Shown here: one piece after another, positions 36,720-50,787 of the stretch
How the letters are laid out: each line of letters starts with the position of its first letter
Position numbering within the stretch: the first letter of the stretch is position 1
Assembly (NCBI GenBank): GCA_013239625.1
Contig: MU053934.1
Coordinates: 6,528,399 to 6,592,398, forward strand
Direction of reading: 5' to 3'
Origin: Lama guanicoe
Taxonomy: Eukaryota
DNA length: 64,000 nucleotides
Translations under genes and position numbers: made by a program
The notes under the pieces: model-generated
Database searches by the model: none
What the model saw: only the letters and a program-made list of their open reading frames with translations
What the model was told of the DNA's origin: nothing

Positions 36720-39700
36720 CAAAGTCGCTAAGATTCACACTTACGTTCTCTTCTAAGTATTTTATAGTTTTAGCTCTTACATTTAGGTCTTTGATCCATT
36801 TTGAGTTCATTTCGTATGTGGTATAAAGCAGGGGTTCACATTTATTCTTTCACATGTGAACATACAGTTGTCCCAGCATAATTTATTGAAAAGAGAGTAT
36901 TTACTCATTGAATGGTCTTAGTGTCTTTGTCAGAAATCAATTAACTATGGATATATGGATTTATTTCTGGACTCTTAATTATATTTCATTGATGTATATG
37001 TCTGTCCTTATTCCAGTATCACACTGTCTTTATTATTCTAGCTTTTTAGTAGGTTTTGAAATTGGAAGTGTGAGGCTTCAAACTTTGTTCCTTTTTGTTC
37101 AAGATTATTTTAGCTATTCTGGGTCCTTTGCTATGTAAATGTCAAGATCAGCTCTCCATTTCTGTAAAAAAGCTGTTGGAATTTTGGTAGGGGTTGTATT
37201 GAATCTGTAGATTAATTTGGGGCCCCTTTTAACAATATTAAATCTGGGATGTTTTCTCATATTTAGGTCTTTAATTTCTTTCGGCAATGTTTGGATGGTA
37301 TATTTTGTCAAAAGCTTTTTCTGCATCTATTGAGATGATAATATGGCTTTTATCTTTCATTCTATTAATGTAGTGTATTACATTAATTAACATATGTTGA
37401 ACCATCCTTGCATCCCAGGGATAAATCCCACTTGAGCATGGTATGATCCTTTTAATGTGCTGTTGAATTCAGTTTGCTAATATTTTGTTGAGAATTTGGG
37501 GCTGTAGTTTTCTTAAACTGCTCCTATCTGGCTTTGGTTTCAGGGTAATGCTAGTCTCATAAAATGAGTTTGAGAGTGTTCCTTCCTTTTCAATTTTTTG
37601 GGAAGAATTTGAGAATGATTGGGTATTAAATTTTCTTTAAATATTTGGTAGAATTCAGCAGGAAACTATCTGGTCCTGGGTTTTCTGCGTTGGGAGATTT
37701 TTGATTACTGATTCTATCTCCTTATTTATTGGTTATTGGTCTGTTCAGATTTTCGGTTTCTTCATGATTCAGTCTTCAGGTGCTCTGATGTTGGGTGCAC
37801 ATATATATATGATTATTATACCCTTTCCTGGGTTGATCCTTTTGTCATTATATAATGACCTTCTTTGTCTCTTGTTATAGTTTTCAGCTTGAAGTTTATT
37901 TTATCTGATACAAGTATGGCTATCCCTGCTTTTTTTTGGTTTCCACTTGCATGGAGTATCTTTTTCTGTTCCTTCATTCTGAGCTTATATGTGTTTTTAA
38001 AGCTGAAGTGAGTCTCTTATAGGCAGCATATGGTTGGCTCTTGTTTTTTTTTTATCCATCTAGCCACTCTCTCTGCCCTTTGATTGAAGAATTTAATCCA
38101 TTTATATCAAGAGTAATTATTGATAGGTAAAGATTTATTAATGCCATCTTACAGTTTTCTGGCGGTTGTACAGTGCCTTTGTCCCTCCCTTGCTGCCTTC
38201 CTTTGTGAATTGATGATTTTCTGTAATGGTGTACATTGTTTCTCTCCTCTTTATCTTTTGTGTATCTGCTGTAGGCTTTTGCTTTGTGGTTACTATGAGG
38301 CTTAAAAACATCTAGATACAACAGTTTATTTTACACTGCTAACAACTATACTTCAATTAAATATGAAAACTCTACCCTTTTACTCACCCCCCTTGTATGT
38401 TTTTGATGTCAAAATTTACCTCTTTTTATATTGTGGATTCATTAATAAGTTATTGTAGATATAATTATTTTTAATACTTTTGTCCTTTAGCTTTTATACT
38501 AGAGCTAAGTGGTTAACATACCACCATGTTACAGTATCAGAATATTCTGAATTTGACTATATACTTACCTTAGCAATGTATTGTGTATTTTCATATGTTT
38601 TTGCGTTATTTAGTGTACTTTCATTTCAGCTTGAAAAACTTTCAGCATTTCTTGTAAGTCACATCTGGTGGTGATGAACTCCCTCAGCTTTTGTTTGGGT
38701 AATCCTTTTCTCTTCTTCATTTCTGAAAGACAGCTTTGCCATGTCAAGTATTCTTGGTTGGCAATTTTATTCTTTCAGCACTTTGAGTATATCATCTCAT
38801 TCTTTCCTGGCCTGTAGGAGAAATTCACTGATATCCTTATAGGGATTCCTTTGTAAATTACAAGCTTCTTTTCTCTTGCTGCCTCTAAAGTCTCTTTTTG
38901 TTTTTGACTTTTGACACTTTTATCATAATGTATCTTAGAAAAGATCCCTTGATGTTGGGTTTGCTTAGTGACCTATGAGGTTCATGAACTTGGATTTCCA
39001 TATCTCTCCCCAGATTTGGGAATTCTCAGCCATTATTTCTTTAAATAAGCTTTCTGCCCCGAGTCTCCCACTCTTCTCCTTCTGGGACTTCAGTAATTTG
39101 CCGATTGCTTCTCCTGACGGTATCCTATGGATCATATAGGCTTTGTTCATTCTTTTTCTTTTAACTTTGTCCTCCTTTGGGTAATTTTAAATTTCCTATC
39201 TTTGAATTCAGATTCTTTCTTCTGATTGGTCCATTCTGTTGTTGATGCTCCATTGCATTTTTCATTTCATTCATTGTATTCTTCAGCTCCAATATTTGTT
39301 AGGCTCTTTTTAAAAAATGATTTCTATATCCCTGTAATATTTTCATTTAATTAATGTGTTGTTTTCCTGATTTTGTTGAATTGCCTTCTGTGTTTTCTTG
39401 TAGCTCAATGAGCTTCCTTAAAACAGCTATTTTGAATTCCCTATTAGGTAAAGTGCAGGCCTCCTTATCTTTGAGGTCAGTTCCTAGAAGATTACTGTGA
39501 TCCTCTGGTAGTGTCATGTTTCCTTGATTTTTCAGTTCCTTGAAGTCTCACATTGTTGTCTTCACACCTGCAGTAGCAGTCACCTCCTCTGATTTTTACT
39601 GAGTGACTTGGGGAGTGAAATCTCTTCCATCAGTCCTGCCAGATTCTGAGGCCTTCCCAGCCATCTGTCTATGGATACATTCCTCCATGATACTTGCTCC

Positions 39701-40705
39701 CTCTGGTGGCAGAATTCTTAAGCTTATATACCTTCTCTTGAACCTGCAACACTCCGAGCCAGGTGCTGACAGCCTCCCTTTTGTTTTCCCAAGGACTGAG
39801 CTAAAGTTCAAATTTATAGTTTCTCCCTGGCCTACAGATTCATGCTGGCTTTCTACGTGTGCTCACAAGCCATCTTCCAAAGCTCACTCTCACCACCATC
39901 AGGAGTGTGCACAGAGCTGGACACAGGGTGGGGTGTGAGTGGGTGAGGTGCATGGAGCCCTGGGGGTGTCTACAGGCCAGGTGGGAGAATCTGCAGGCAA
40001 AGTGTTCCAGCAGCTCATGGGCAGGCTTCTTGGCATCTGCAGCACAGTTAGTAAGATCCACATCCCTTTAATGCCCTCCAAGAGTCCTATCTGCTGCTCT
40101 TCCAGCCTTTCCCCATTCCTGCATCAAGCAGCTCATGACTTACTACTCTGGATAGAAAGATAGGAATGGGCCTCTTTGGCAATGTCCCACACAGCTAGGG
40201 AAGCCAGGCGCTCATTCACATTCTTCACTTTCCTTTGTGGGAGAAATCAAGGGCCAAGAGCTTCTCCCTCTGCACTAAGCTGTGCTGCCTTGGGGGAGGG
40301 GTGATGTGGGTAAAGTCGAACTCTTCCTCTTCTCCTCTCCAGTGTGTGCATTTTCTTTCTCTAGTAGTGTGCTGAAACTTCTCCACTGGAAACCTGGACC
40401 TCCACAGAGGTTCTCTCATCTATGGATGATTGTCTAAAACGGTGCTCTCCAGGGTCTCCCAGACTGTGGCTGAGAGGGGCTGGAGCCAGTTCACAGGCCA
40501 CTGCAGGGCCTTCAGCTAGGACTGAAGTCTGTATGCCTATTACCTGATGCATGGGTGGGCAAGACTCTTCCTGGGCTCCTTGGCATATGGCACTAGATCC
40601 CACAGATCCCACAAGGCACTTCATCTGTGGATGGATGTCAAATTGTTGTTGAGTGAAGGGATATGTGAGGGTTATCTTATTCGGCCATGTTGCTGACATC
40701 ACCCT
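36720..40705 (-). mobile_element. Old L1 with 5'UTR, ORF1 and patchy ORF2
   Basis: ORF2 (NSKWIKDLNVRAKTIK; YLSIITLDINGLNSSIK) and ORF1 (AESLFKEIMAENS) fragments; 5' end reads gtgatgtcagcaacatggccgaataag on the minus strand near 40700. Confidence 0.8.
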
Positions 40706-41021
40706 ACTCTAAAAATTCTTACCCTTTACCTTGAATATCCAACTGACAGGTGATATTCTTCTCTCCTCTCTTCTTGTTCACCCTTTCATGGATGGGAATG
40801 ACCTGGAGAAGAGTGAGGCTGGCTCTCTTCCTGGAGCCATCTGATGTTTAGGTAAGGCTGGCAGAAAAGTTTGGATAACATTGAATGGGAGAAAGGGAAT
40901 ATTACAGTATTATTTTGCATTTTACCAGGAGTCTGGAAAAAGAAGGGAACAGAGCAAGGGTCATTAATGGGAGGCTGACGTCTAACTCTGATAAGCACAA
41001 TCACCAGTAGTGGCAGAGAGG

Positions 41022-41284
41022 ATGTCTATTCCTAGTGATACCCAGTTCCATCGTTCTTCATTCCTCCTCTTGGGCATCCCAGGGCTGGAAGATGTGCACG
41101 CCTGGATTGGATTCCCTTTTCTTTGTGTGTATTGTTGCGTTCCTGGGGAATGCTGCTGTCCTTTTGTGATCCAGAGTGCATTCTCCACGAGCCCATGACT
41201 ACATTCTAGCCATGTTGGACTCCTGACCTGGGCCTGTCCACGGCCATCATTCCTAAAATGCTGGGCATCTTCTGGTTCAGTCTT
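41022..41284 (+). pseudogene. Class I olfactory receptor (OR52E-like) 5' fragment, frameshifted
   Basis: [33 protein letters not shown], then across frameshifts [39 protein letters not shown]; these are hallmark OR52 N-term/TM1/TM2 motifs. Truncated by an L1 tail at about 41287. Confidence 0.9.
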
Positions 41285-41286
41285 AC

Positions 41287-43570
41287 TTATTTATTGTAGT
41301 AAAAAACACAACAGACTTTATCTTCTTAACCATTTTTAAGCGTTCACTGCAGTAGTGTTAACTATACTCACACTGTGTGAGATCTAGTGGATCTCTAGAA
41401 TGTTTTCATTTCCCAAAACTGAAACTCTGTACCCACTGAACAACTTCCCATTTCCCCCCTCGCCTAAATCCCTGGCAACTACCACTTTACTTTCTGTTTC
41501 TATAAAATTGACTACTTTAGATACCTCATATAAATGGAATCATACAGTATTTTTCTTTTGTGACTGGCTTATTTCACTCAGCACAATATCCTCAAGGTTC
41601 ATCAATGTTGTAGCATGCGACAGTACTACTTTCCTTTTCAAGGCTGAATAATATTCCATCGCATGTATGTACATACCATATGTTCTTCATCCATTCATCC
41701 ATCAGTGGACTGCTTACATATCCTAGCTATTGTGAATAATAACTGCAGTGGACATGGGTGTGGGTTTTTTTTTTTGAAGCAGCCTTACTGAGATGCAGTT
41801 CAGCCATTTAATTTGTACAATTCAATGGTTTTTAGTATATTCACAAATATATGCAACCATCACTGCAGTCAATTTAAGAACATTTTCATTACTTCAAAAA
41901 GAAACCTTGTACCTCTTAACTGTCATCCCCTATTCCCCCATCCTCCCCACCCAGCCCTAAGCAGCCACTAAATATACTCTGTCAGTTTCCCTATCCTGGA
42001 TTTTCATGTGAATGGAATCATATAATATGTCCTTTTGTGACTGGCTTCTTTCCCTTAGCTTGTTTCCAGGGTTCATCCATGTTGTAGCATGTGTCAGTAC
42101 TTTACTTTTGTGGCTGAATAATATTCCATTGTATGGTTAACCACATTTTGCTTATTCATTAATCAGCTGGAGGACATGTAACTTGCTTCCACTTTTTGGC
42201 ATTATGAACAATGCTTTTAGAAACATCTGTGTACACGGTTTTGTGTAAACATATGTTTTCACTTCTTTTGGGTACACACCTAGATGTGGAATTGCTAGGT
42301 CATGTGGTAACTCTGTTTAATCATTCAAGGAATTGCCAGACCATTTCCCACAGTAGCTGTACCAGTTTTACATTCCTACCAGCAGCGTATGAGGGTTCCA
42401 ATTTCTCCACATCCTTGCCAGCATTTATTATTATCTGACTTTTTCATTCTAGCCCCCTTTTGGGTGTTAAGTGGTATCTCACTCTTGTTTCTACTTGCAT
42501 TTCCCTAATGGTTAGTGAGGTTGAGCATTAACCATTTGCATTATCTTCCTTGGAAAAATGTCTATTCAGATCCTTTGCCCAGTTTAAAGTTAGGTTGTCT
42601 TTTTATTGAGCCATGAGTTCTTTAATATTTTAAATACAAGTCCCTTATAAGATATTTTAATTATAGGTATTTTCTCCCATTGTGTGGGTTATCTTTTCAC
42701 TCTTTTTAATATAGGCAAATTATAGCTATTAATTTCTCTCTGATCACTACTTTCACTCCGTAAGTTTTGGTAGGTTGTGTTTTAATATTTGGGGTACGTT
42801 GTATGTTTGTTTTCATTCATCTCAAAGTATTTTCCCTCATATGTGATGAGTCACTTCTGTCTTGCTTTCAAAATTCTCCCTTCGTCTTCTGAGAGTTTAT
42901 GTGTCTAGGTATGGATCTCTGAGTTTATCCTACTGGGATTCTGTTGAGCTTTCTGATGTCATCAAATATGGAAAGTTTTGAGCCATTATTTCTTCAAATA
43001 TTCTGCCCTTTCTCTTCTCTGTGTATATTGCATGGTGGTATCTCATAGGTCTCTGAGCCTCTGTTAATTTTTCTTCATTCTTCTTTACATTCCTTAAATA
43101 GTTAATGTCAACAGACCTGTCTTCAGGTTTGCTTATTTTTTCTGCCTGGTCATGTGTGCTGAGCCCCTCTAGTGAAATTTTATCTGTTATTATACTTTTC
43201 AACTCTAGAATTTCTATTTGGTTCCTTTCTGTAATTTCTTTCTCTTTACTGATACTCTCTATTTGGTGAGAATATATCTATCATTCTATTCTTTCCTCTA
43301 GTTCTCTCCACATGGTTTCCTTTAGCTCTTTGAACATATTCTAAATAGCTGATTTAAAATCTGGTACTAGGGTAAGTTAAAAACAGTGCAAAGCTTGCTG
43401 TTCTTACCAAAAGTCTACTGTCCTTGACTGAACACTCTCTGGGTTATTGCAAGCCTTTGGTTAATTTCCAGAGTTCTGTGAAAGTTGATTCTGATAATAT
43501 ATGGTAGGATCTTCATCGCTTTTATAGAGAGAGCAAACTTTTGGTAGTTCTTACTGGACCATTTTTGTTG
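41287..43570 (-). mobile_element. Stacked old L1 fragments
   Basis: Two L1MB-like 3' ends (about 41287 and 41765) plus ORF1-like remnant (IFEEIMAQNFP). Confidence 0.75.
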
Positions 43571-44395
43571 ACCCTTTGCTTGGATTTTGATTCAAATAAA
43601 CTATGGAAAAAATGTTTTGAAACAACGGGCAAAATGAACACAGACTGGTTATAAGATTAAAATTTTTATTTTGTTGGATAGGAAAATTGTACTAAGGTCA
43701 TACATACTTTTAAAGACCTTATCTGTTAGAGCTACACAGTGGTGTTTAGACTTGTCTTTTATTTGCTTTCAAATACTTGCACATGTTGATGGTTGTTAGA
43801 GCTGGGTGATGGGTACATGGAGGTTCACTCACCATTTTATTTTTGTATTTGAAAATTTCTACGATAAAAGTTTTTTAAAAGGGAAAGTGTACCCTTGGGT
43901 CCAAACAAGGCTGCCTTAAACGGGGGGAAAAAATAACTGAGTCCCTAACTGACCTTGGGCAATAGGGAGTAAAACAATGTCTTGGAAGATAGGTAGGGTG
44001 TGTGTTAGGAGAATAAAGGTTAAAGAGAATAAATCAGGTACCCTCAGAATAGAAGGACAAGTTATACAGTAAGTAAAAACATGTAACTATCTCTGGGTCT
44101 GGAAAGGAAAGGAATTGACTGGTCAAATCCAAGCTGGTCCTTGGCCCCAACTCCTAAGTCTATTGGTCTCAACCACTGTACTCCAGCATATCCCAGGGTG
44201 GTGGAGATTTCTTTCCTGGGGCTGGCAAAAGAAGTGTTCCCACCTAAGACCATTCCATTGGGCTTGAACAGCACTATGACCAAGACCCAAAGCTGGAGCT
44301 GTGTACAGGGTGACAGGCCTCAAAGGGCAGAGGCTTGGGATGAGGTAGGATTCTGTCCTCCTGAGTGACCCCCAGGCTCAAGAGATCAACTGGGA

Positions 44396-44523
44396 GGGGG
44401 AGGGTATAGCTCAAGGGTAGAGCACATGTTTAGCATGCACGAGGTCCTGGGTTCAATCCCTAGTACCTCTTCTAGAAATAAATAAATAAACCGAATTACC
44501 TCCCCCCACCGAAAAAAAAAAAA
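44396..44523 (+). mobile_element. tRNA-Ala-derived SINE (camelid type)
   Basis: ggggagggtatagctcaagggtagagcacatgtttagcatgcacgaggtcctgggttcaatccctagtacctc (A and B boxes), A-rich tail, TSD atcaac(t/c)ggg on both sides. Confidence 0.85.
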
Positions 44524-45540
44524 TCAACCGGGGAAAGGGAGCATTCTCTGATAACCCTAGACTCAATCAGTGAAGCTCCAGTAACCTTCAATGAAAGGTG
44601 CACTTGTGAGTTCTTTATACTATACTCTAAACATTTAAGGACCTCAAATCCCAAAGGGGGGAACATGGGAGATCCACCCAGAAGAGTTCCCACAGGGCAG
44701 GATGGTGCGAGGCCTGGAGCACTGGGTGCTCCCACATTCAAAGCACAAGGAGAACCTACCTGTCCTGCTCTGCTGCCAGCTTTCCAAAGAGGAATGAGAG
44801 CCACCAGGGAAGACAGGGGCCCTGAGGCCTTAGAGGACTTGGACAATAGGAACCAAAGGAAGGCAGTCAAGAACCTGCCATCGTTTTACTTTGATACCCC
44901 TTTCCCTAGGAGAAGGAGCAGGAAATATATTTAAAAACACAAAGAGCCCCTAGACCTTTCTTTGGACACAGCTGAGCGATTTGAATCTCCTCTACAGCCA
45001 GGTTAGGAGAAGAGAAACTGGGGGACCTGGGGGGCCCTGGTGGGCAGAGGACAAGCTGTACAGGCCCTGTAGGAGAAAGGCAGAATTGACTGCCCTCACC
45101 TGCACCCAACCCTGAGTGCCACTCAACGGAAATGCGGAGATGAGCTGAAAGGTGCCAAAGACAGTAAGACAAAGTTCCTTAGTAGATGAGGGCCTTTCGC
45201 TGTAAAGCAGAGGGGCTGGTAAGTGGGGTTAGTGGCTGACAGACCCTGTAACATCTGAAAGTGGGGAAGAGGGCCTGGGAACATCACTGCTTTGACTCAC
45301 TGTGTCATCACCACCACCACTGTGCTGAGCAGAGAGAGATGACTGTGGTGTGAGGCAAGTCTGGCATGGCTAGACATACAATCTGTAGGTCACTGTGGAA
45401 TAAGGGGCCAGAAGATGTCAGTCATCTTCCATGTGAGGCGAAATCTGAAACCAGCACCTTATGTAGTGCCACCCAGAGTCCCTACCTGAAGATGCCCATG
45501 GCCCCAGATCCATATTACAACTACTAGACCAAAGAACAGC

Positions 45541-45546
45541 TTTATT
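45541..45546 (-). terminator. Candidate NAGA polyadenylation signal
   Basis: AATAAA on the minus strand, about 505 nt after the NAGA stop. Confidence 0.6.
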
Positions 45547-46050
45547 GGTGACCCAAGGAAACCAACGTCGCGCCCAGACAGTGTCAGCCTGCAAGGCCTT
45601 CTCCGGGCAGGAAAGTCAATCACACAATTCATAGGAGTTCCTGACAAAAGGTCAGAGCTCCTCGCCTAATTATAAGAAAAATTCCCAATCCTGATTCCAA
45701 AGTCAACAAAAAGAAGGTCAGAGGCTAGAGTCCTGATGGGTATTAATGCCCCTGCCTGTGGGGGCTCAGGAGGCTGGCTGAGTTGTTCAGCAACATTTGG
45801 GGCTGTGCATCTGGGGTGAGGTAGAGAGTCAGAAAGCCTACAGGAAACTTACCCAAGACAAGTTTCCAAGAGAGTTCATGCACGGGCAGGGCACAGAACC
45901 TAGCCCTGGGATTGCACTTTGGGTCTGATGGGGTCAGGTCACCGAGCAGGCCTGGGTAGCAGAGAACCCCACCTCCTGGCCCTCAGCACGTGGAACCACC
46001 ATGGTCTGGGCTCAGTGGTGCTGCCACAGCCTATCATATGTGCCAGCTCC

Positions 46051-46185
46051 TCATGGCTGGGGCATCCCAAGCTTCCTGACAGGATACAGGTACCACATCA
46101 CCACCCCCGAAGGGTTGATGATCACTGTGAAGTTGGTTGTGTCCTGGAGGCCACTGATGACATCACCCGTGTAGACATTCTGGGC
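46051..46185 (-). CDS. NAGA: NAGA (alpha-N-acetylgalactosaminidase, GH27) exon 9 to stop
   Basis: [44 protein letters not shown]; the nine exons total 1236 nt = 411 aa. Confidence 0.95.
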   Translation of the reverse strand, partial: AQNVYTGDVISGLQDTTNFTVIINPSGVVMWYLYPVRKLGMPQP

Positions 46186-46633
46186 CTGCAGGGGAAAGGA
46201 CATCACTAATGCTACACCAAGAATAGCTGTGCAGAGACCTCCCCGCAGAGGATGGAAAAGCCTGGCCTGTCTGTGATGGGCTGCAGTATGCCCCACAGAA
46301 GGTGGCACCTGAATCCCCATACTTCTCCTCTGGCAAAGCCAACAGATGCCCGAACACAGGCAGTGGTGAGGGCCCAGCCCACCGAGAACCTGAGAAATGT
46401 GCCAGCAAGAACTGAGAGGGGAAGCACACAGCCTCAGGGGCTGACAGGGCTCATTTACACACAGCAGTTCATTTGTGTAGCTTGAAAACAGCAGTGTAGA
46501 GAACAGCACCAGCCAGAGGACCCAAGGCCCACGGCTTAGGGGAGGAAGTGTGAGTGCAAGGCCCCTGTGTGAGGGAGAACCCAGCAACACCCTCCAGGGA
46601 AACCCACAGCTCTGCAAGTAGCCAGGCACTTAC

Positions 46634-46777
46634 CTCATACGTGTTGGCGCTGGTGAAGTTCAGCCGGGCGAGGGAGGAGTGGTAGTGATAAGGCATGTCC
46701 GTCCTGCGGCTGAAGAAGACTAAGGCACTGGCCTCGTTGGCTAGAGGCCGCATGAACACTTCAATGTGGGATTTCTC
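46634..46777 (-). CDS. NAGA: NAGA coding exon 8
   Basis: EKSHIEVFMRPLANEASALVFFSRRTDMPYHYHSSLARLNFTSANTYE; 144 nt, AG/GT. Confidence 0.95.
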
Positions 46778-47797
46778 CTGGTTACAGAATATGGCTACTG
46801 GCTGGGGTCCCTGCTCAACAGGCCCTGAGCCCCCTTCCCAACCCTTCCTAGAGCTCTGGGTCCCCCCAGCCCACAGTTCTGTGTCATGCAGAAGCTTGGA
46901 GGGGATACCACAGCCCTCCAGTGCCTCACCTTACCTAACTCTACCTTCCTTCCCTGACTCAGCAGATGCTCCCTGACATGTACTCTGTGCCAGGCCCATG
47001 CTAGGACAGAGACAAATGCTGCATGAGGTCCAGCCTCAGAGAGCTCACAGATGTGGACAACTGCTGGCACTGGAGTGGAGGGCACCATCCAGCAGGAATG
47101 ATGAGCTCTGCCCCGAGCATCCAGGAGGGTGAACCCCCATCCTCTGGAAGGTCCCTGGGCCTGGCTCCACCCTCAGCTCCTCTGGCAGAGGTTAGTTATC
47201 ACCTCTGGGCATCACCAGTTCAACAGGGCCTTCTATAGTGGTGTCGATTGCTTTTTACTAGAGAGGCAAGGATCTGTGCAAAGAGCACAAGCTTTGGGGC
47301 CACCCTGCTGGCGTCTAGTTCTGTTGCACCGCTAACCAGCTGTGTGGCCTTGGACTAAAGTTACTGAGACTCTTCCAAGTCTAAGTTTCCTCATTTGTAA
47401 AATAGGGAAGGAGCATCTGCCTTCTGAGAAAATGTATCTAGAATGCCCAGCACACAGTAGGTATTCAGTAAAGAGTAAACACTAGAACTAGTAATAGTTG
47501 TAAACTCTTAAACTCTGGAAGGAAGCCCTAGTTCTTTGCCAGACATTACAGACTTGTGCAGAAGTCTCGTACTTCTAAACCTAAGGGCCACACTGTTCAC
47601 TGTTCCTGAGTGCACTTGTGATATTTCCCTTCCCCAAACCCCATTCCTGCTTTGGCCCTGCTCTTACCCAAGCAAGTGGGGGACGGTTGGAGTAGCTCTT
47701 GGTAGAGTCTTTGACTGAATGCAACCAGGAGGAACTGAGCAGATTTCAGAGGCCCAGACCCCCACTTCTTAACCTCCAGGCTTGCAGCCTTGTTTTA

Positions 47798-48046
<249 letters not shown>

Positions 48047-49323
48047 CTAGGAGCAGAAGAGAGGAGTGTTCAGCTCTGCCCTCTTCAGGGCAGTGGGCAT
48101 GGGGACCAACCCTGAACTTGTCACAGGAGAAGACTGAGAAGGGGAAGACAGCCACGTGTGAGACCTGGTTCTGCAAACACCATTCCCCAGCAGGGAGGCC
48201 TTAGGGTGGGTCAACTCACTTTTCATCTGAGCCTCAGCTTGATATTGCACCAAGAATATGGGGAGATATTATGCTCTGACCATATCACAGGTTGTTCAGA
48301 GGATCTGATGGATCCTGTTGCCAAAAGCATTTATAAACTGGAACATGCAAGTCAAGAATACAGCCAGGGTGTTAGGAAACCAGACCTGGACAGAGTCTCT
48401 GCTCCTACCACTAGCCACCCACCTGCCCTAACCACACAGTGGACCAGTGGGAACCCCTGACCCCAGGGCAACCAATCCACCAACAGGACACAAATGATTA
48501 TTGCTAATACAACATGGTTGCATACTTAGTGACACCAATTAAGCACTGTATATGTACCAAGCTGTGCCAAACATTTAAAGGGTCATCCTTTTAACATTTA
48601 AAATAATATTATATACATTTTCCAATTGACAAAGCTGAGGCACCAAAAAAATTAAGTGCCCAAGGTATGCAGCAGAGCTGGAACTAGAACTTAAAAGCAG
48701 GTGAATTTCTGTTTCTCCAAGCGCATCTCCATCTGGCCTAGTATTTGTAATTATTATAATCATCACTGACAGTAAATGCCTGTCAATTAAATGACGAGAC
48801 AGCTATAAAACTGTAAGATAAATTGTAAAGAAGTGTAAGTCATCAGGGCCATGAGTAAGGTAGGTATGAGGGACCAGTTCTGGAGGCTGTGCGGGAGGGT
48901 AACAGTACAGAGCATTGAAAGAGGGGTCAGAGGCAGCCCTGGCAGAGACAGTCTCAGGAGGGAATGGCAAGAGAGTGTGGACTGTTCATAACCTTCACTC
49001 TTGAGAGGAATAATGTCTCACACAACAGTCACTACAGATCGAGTTCTCAAGCTTCAAGAAACAGAACTGCCTGGGAAGATTGTTAACAATGGGCATTCCC
49101 AGGCCCTCCCTGAACATTCTGATCCAAAAGGTGGGGGTGGGGCCCTGGGAACAGAATTGTAAGCAAGCTCCCAAGGCAAGTCGAACATGGATGGTTCAAG
49201 GACACATTTCAGAGAAACTGATCTAGAACCTGATTTAGAGCATTCAGGAAGACAGCACAGGGCAGTGGGCAGTGAGTGGGCCGGACGCAGGGGACCTTGG
49301 GCCATCCCCCTCCATGCTGGTAC

Positions 49324-49485
49324 CATGTCTGGGTCATTCCAGTGTCCAGGGCCTGCCACTGGCTGCAGAATGTCCTGGTGTTTCACAAACCAGTCCAGGA
49401 TGGAGAGCACACTCCTCCAGGAGTCCTGGATGTCGTTATAGTTGCGCCAGAGGTTGCAGGTGTTTGCCAGCAGACTGTAGTTCAC
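49324..49485 (-). CDS. NAGA: NAGA coding exon 6
   Basis: [34 protein letters not shown]; 162 nt; contains the acid/base Asp. Confidence 0.96.
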
Positions 49486-50068
49486 CTGCATGTCAGGGGA
49501 AGGCCGAGTCCAGCAACGGAGTCACACTCCACTGCCTGGAGGCCTGCACACAGGCTGGGGAGCCTCAGCAGGAGACACACAGGGTGGGGAAGGGAGAAGA
49601 GAGCAGGTCCTGGGCATGTTCAGAGAGAGCAGCCCTGCTTGGGGGCTGTCCAGGCCTCCCCTCCATGAGTGCTGGTGCCAAGCCCAGGGTACGGACCCAG
49701 GCTGGCGTATCCATAACTTTCCCCACCACACACCCACCCTTGTGTTCTCTCAGTGAGAGTCCCACCCTCTACCAGCATTCTCCGTCTGGTCTGAAGGTCT
49801 GATTCCACCCTGTCTAGCATCTTACATGCTAAGAGGCCCCTGGTGAAGTGCCCACAAGGCCTTTCAGAGGCTAGGCCCCACCTTCCTGGCCTCACCAGCC
49901 TTCTGGATCTCCTAGCCCACTGAGTACAACCCAGGGTTCTGACTGCTTGCCGCGTGCTATGTCAGCACACAACATGTGCTTCCCATACCTTGGAAACCCA
50001 TCACTTCAGCCCACCCGACAAGTGTCTCTAAGACCCTGGGCTGGCTCAGTCCCCCTCTAGGGTCCTTA

Positions 50069-50371
<303 letters not shown>

Positions 50372-50609
50372 CTAAGGCTCAAACAAGGAGGTACTTCCCT
50401 TGTACCCAGAGCTGCAAACACTTCCCAGGTGATGCATGGTGCCGACCCATCTTTAGGGAGCCTGGGAGCCAAGATCCCAGGGAAACTGGGAAATGCTATC
50501 CCCTAGGGGCCATACAGACAGACACACTCAGCCACATGGGCACTGGTGGGCCTTCCAGGGCCACCCTTCCCTGTCTACCTGACGGCCCCCAGCCAGCTGT
50601 GGGACCCAC

Positions 50610-50787
50610 CCTTGGCCCGTTCCTCAGGGGTCGAGAAGCAGCCATCCAGCTTCAGCATGTCCACCTTCCACTCAGCGAAGGTTTGAGCATCCTGGATCAC
50701 CTTGTCTAGTGTGGTGCCTGGGTAACCCATGCAGGTGAAGCTGCCCATGTCCTCGTAGATGCCCAGCTTCAGGCCCAGGGAGTGAAC
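50610..50787 (-). CDS. NAGA: NAGA coding exon 4
   Basis: [44 protein letters not shown]; 178 nt; contains the nucleophile Asp in LKLDGC. Confidence 0.96.

Noticed and set aside
44396..44470. tRNA-Ala gene
   Set aside because: Mismatched stems, an A-rich tail and TSDs indicate a tRNA-derived SINE.
49430..49445. NAGA RNYND versus the RNYDD I recall in human, as possible catalytic loss
   Set aside because: The second Asp (acid/base) is retained and the preceding position is variable in GH27 enzymes.
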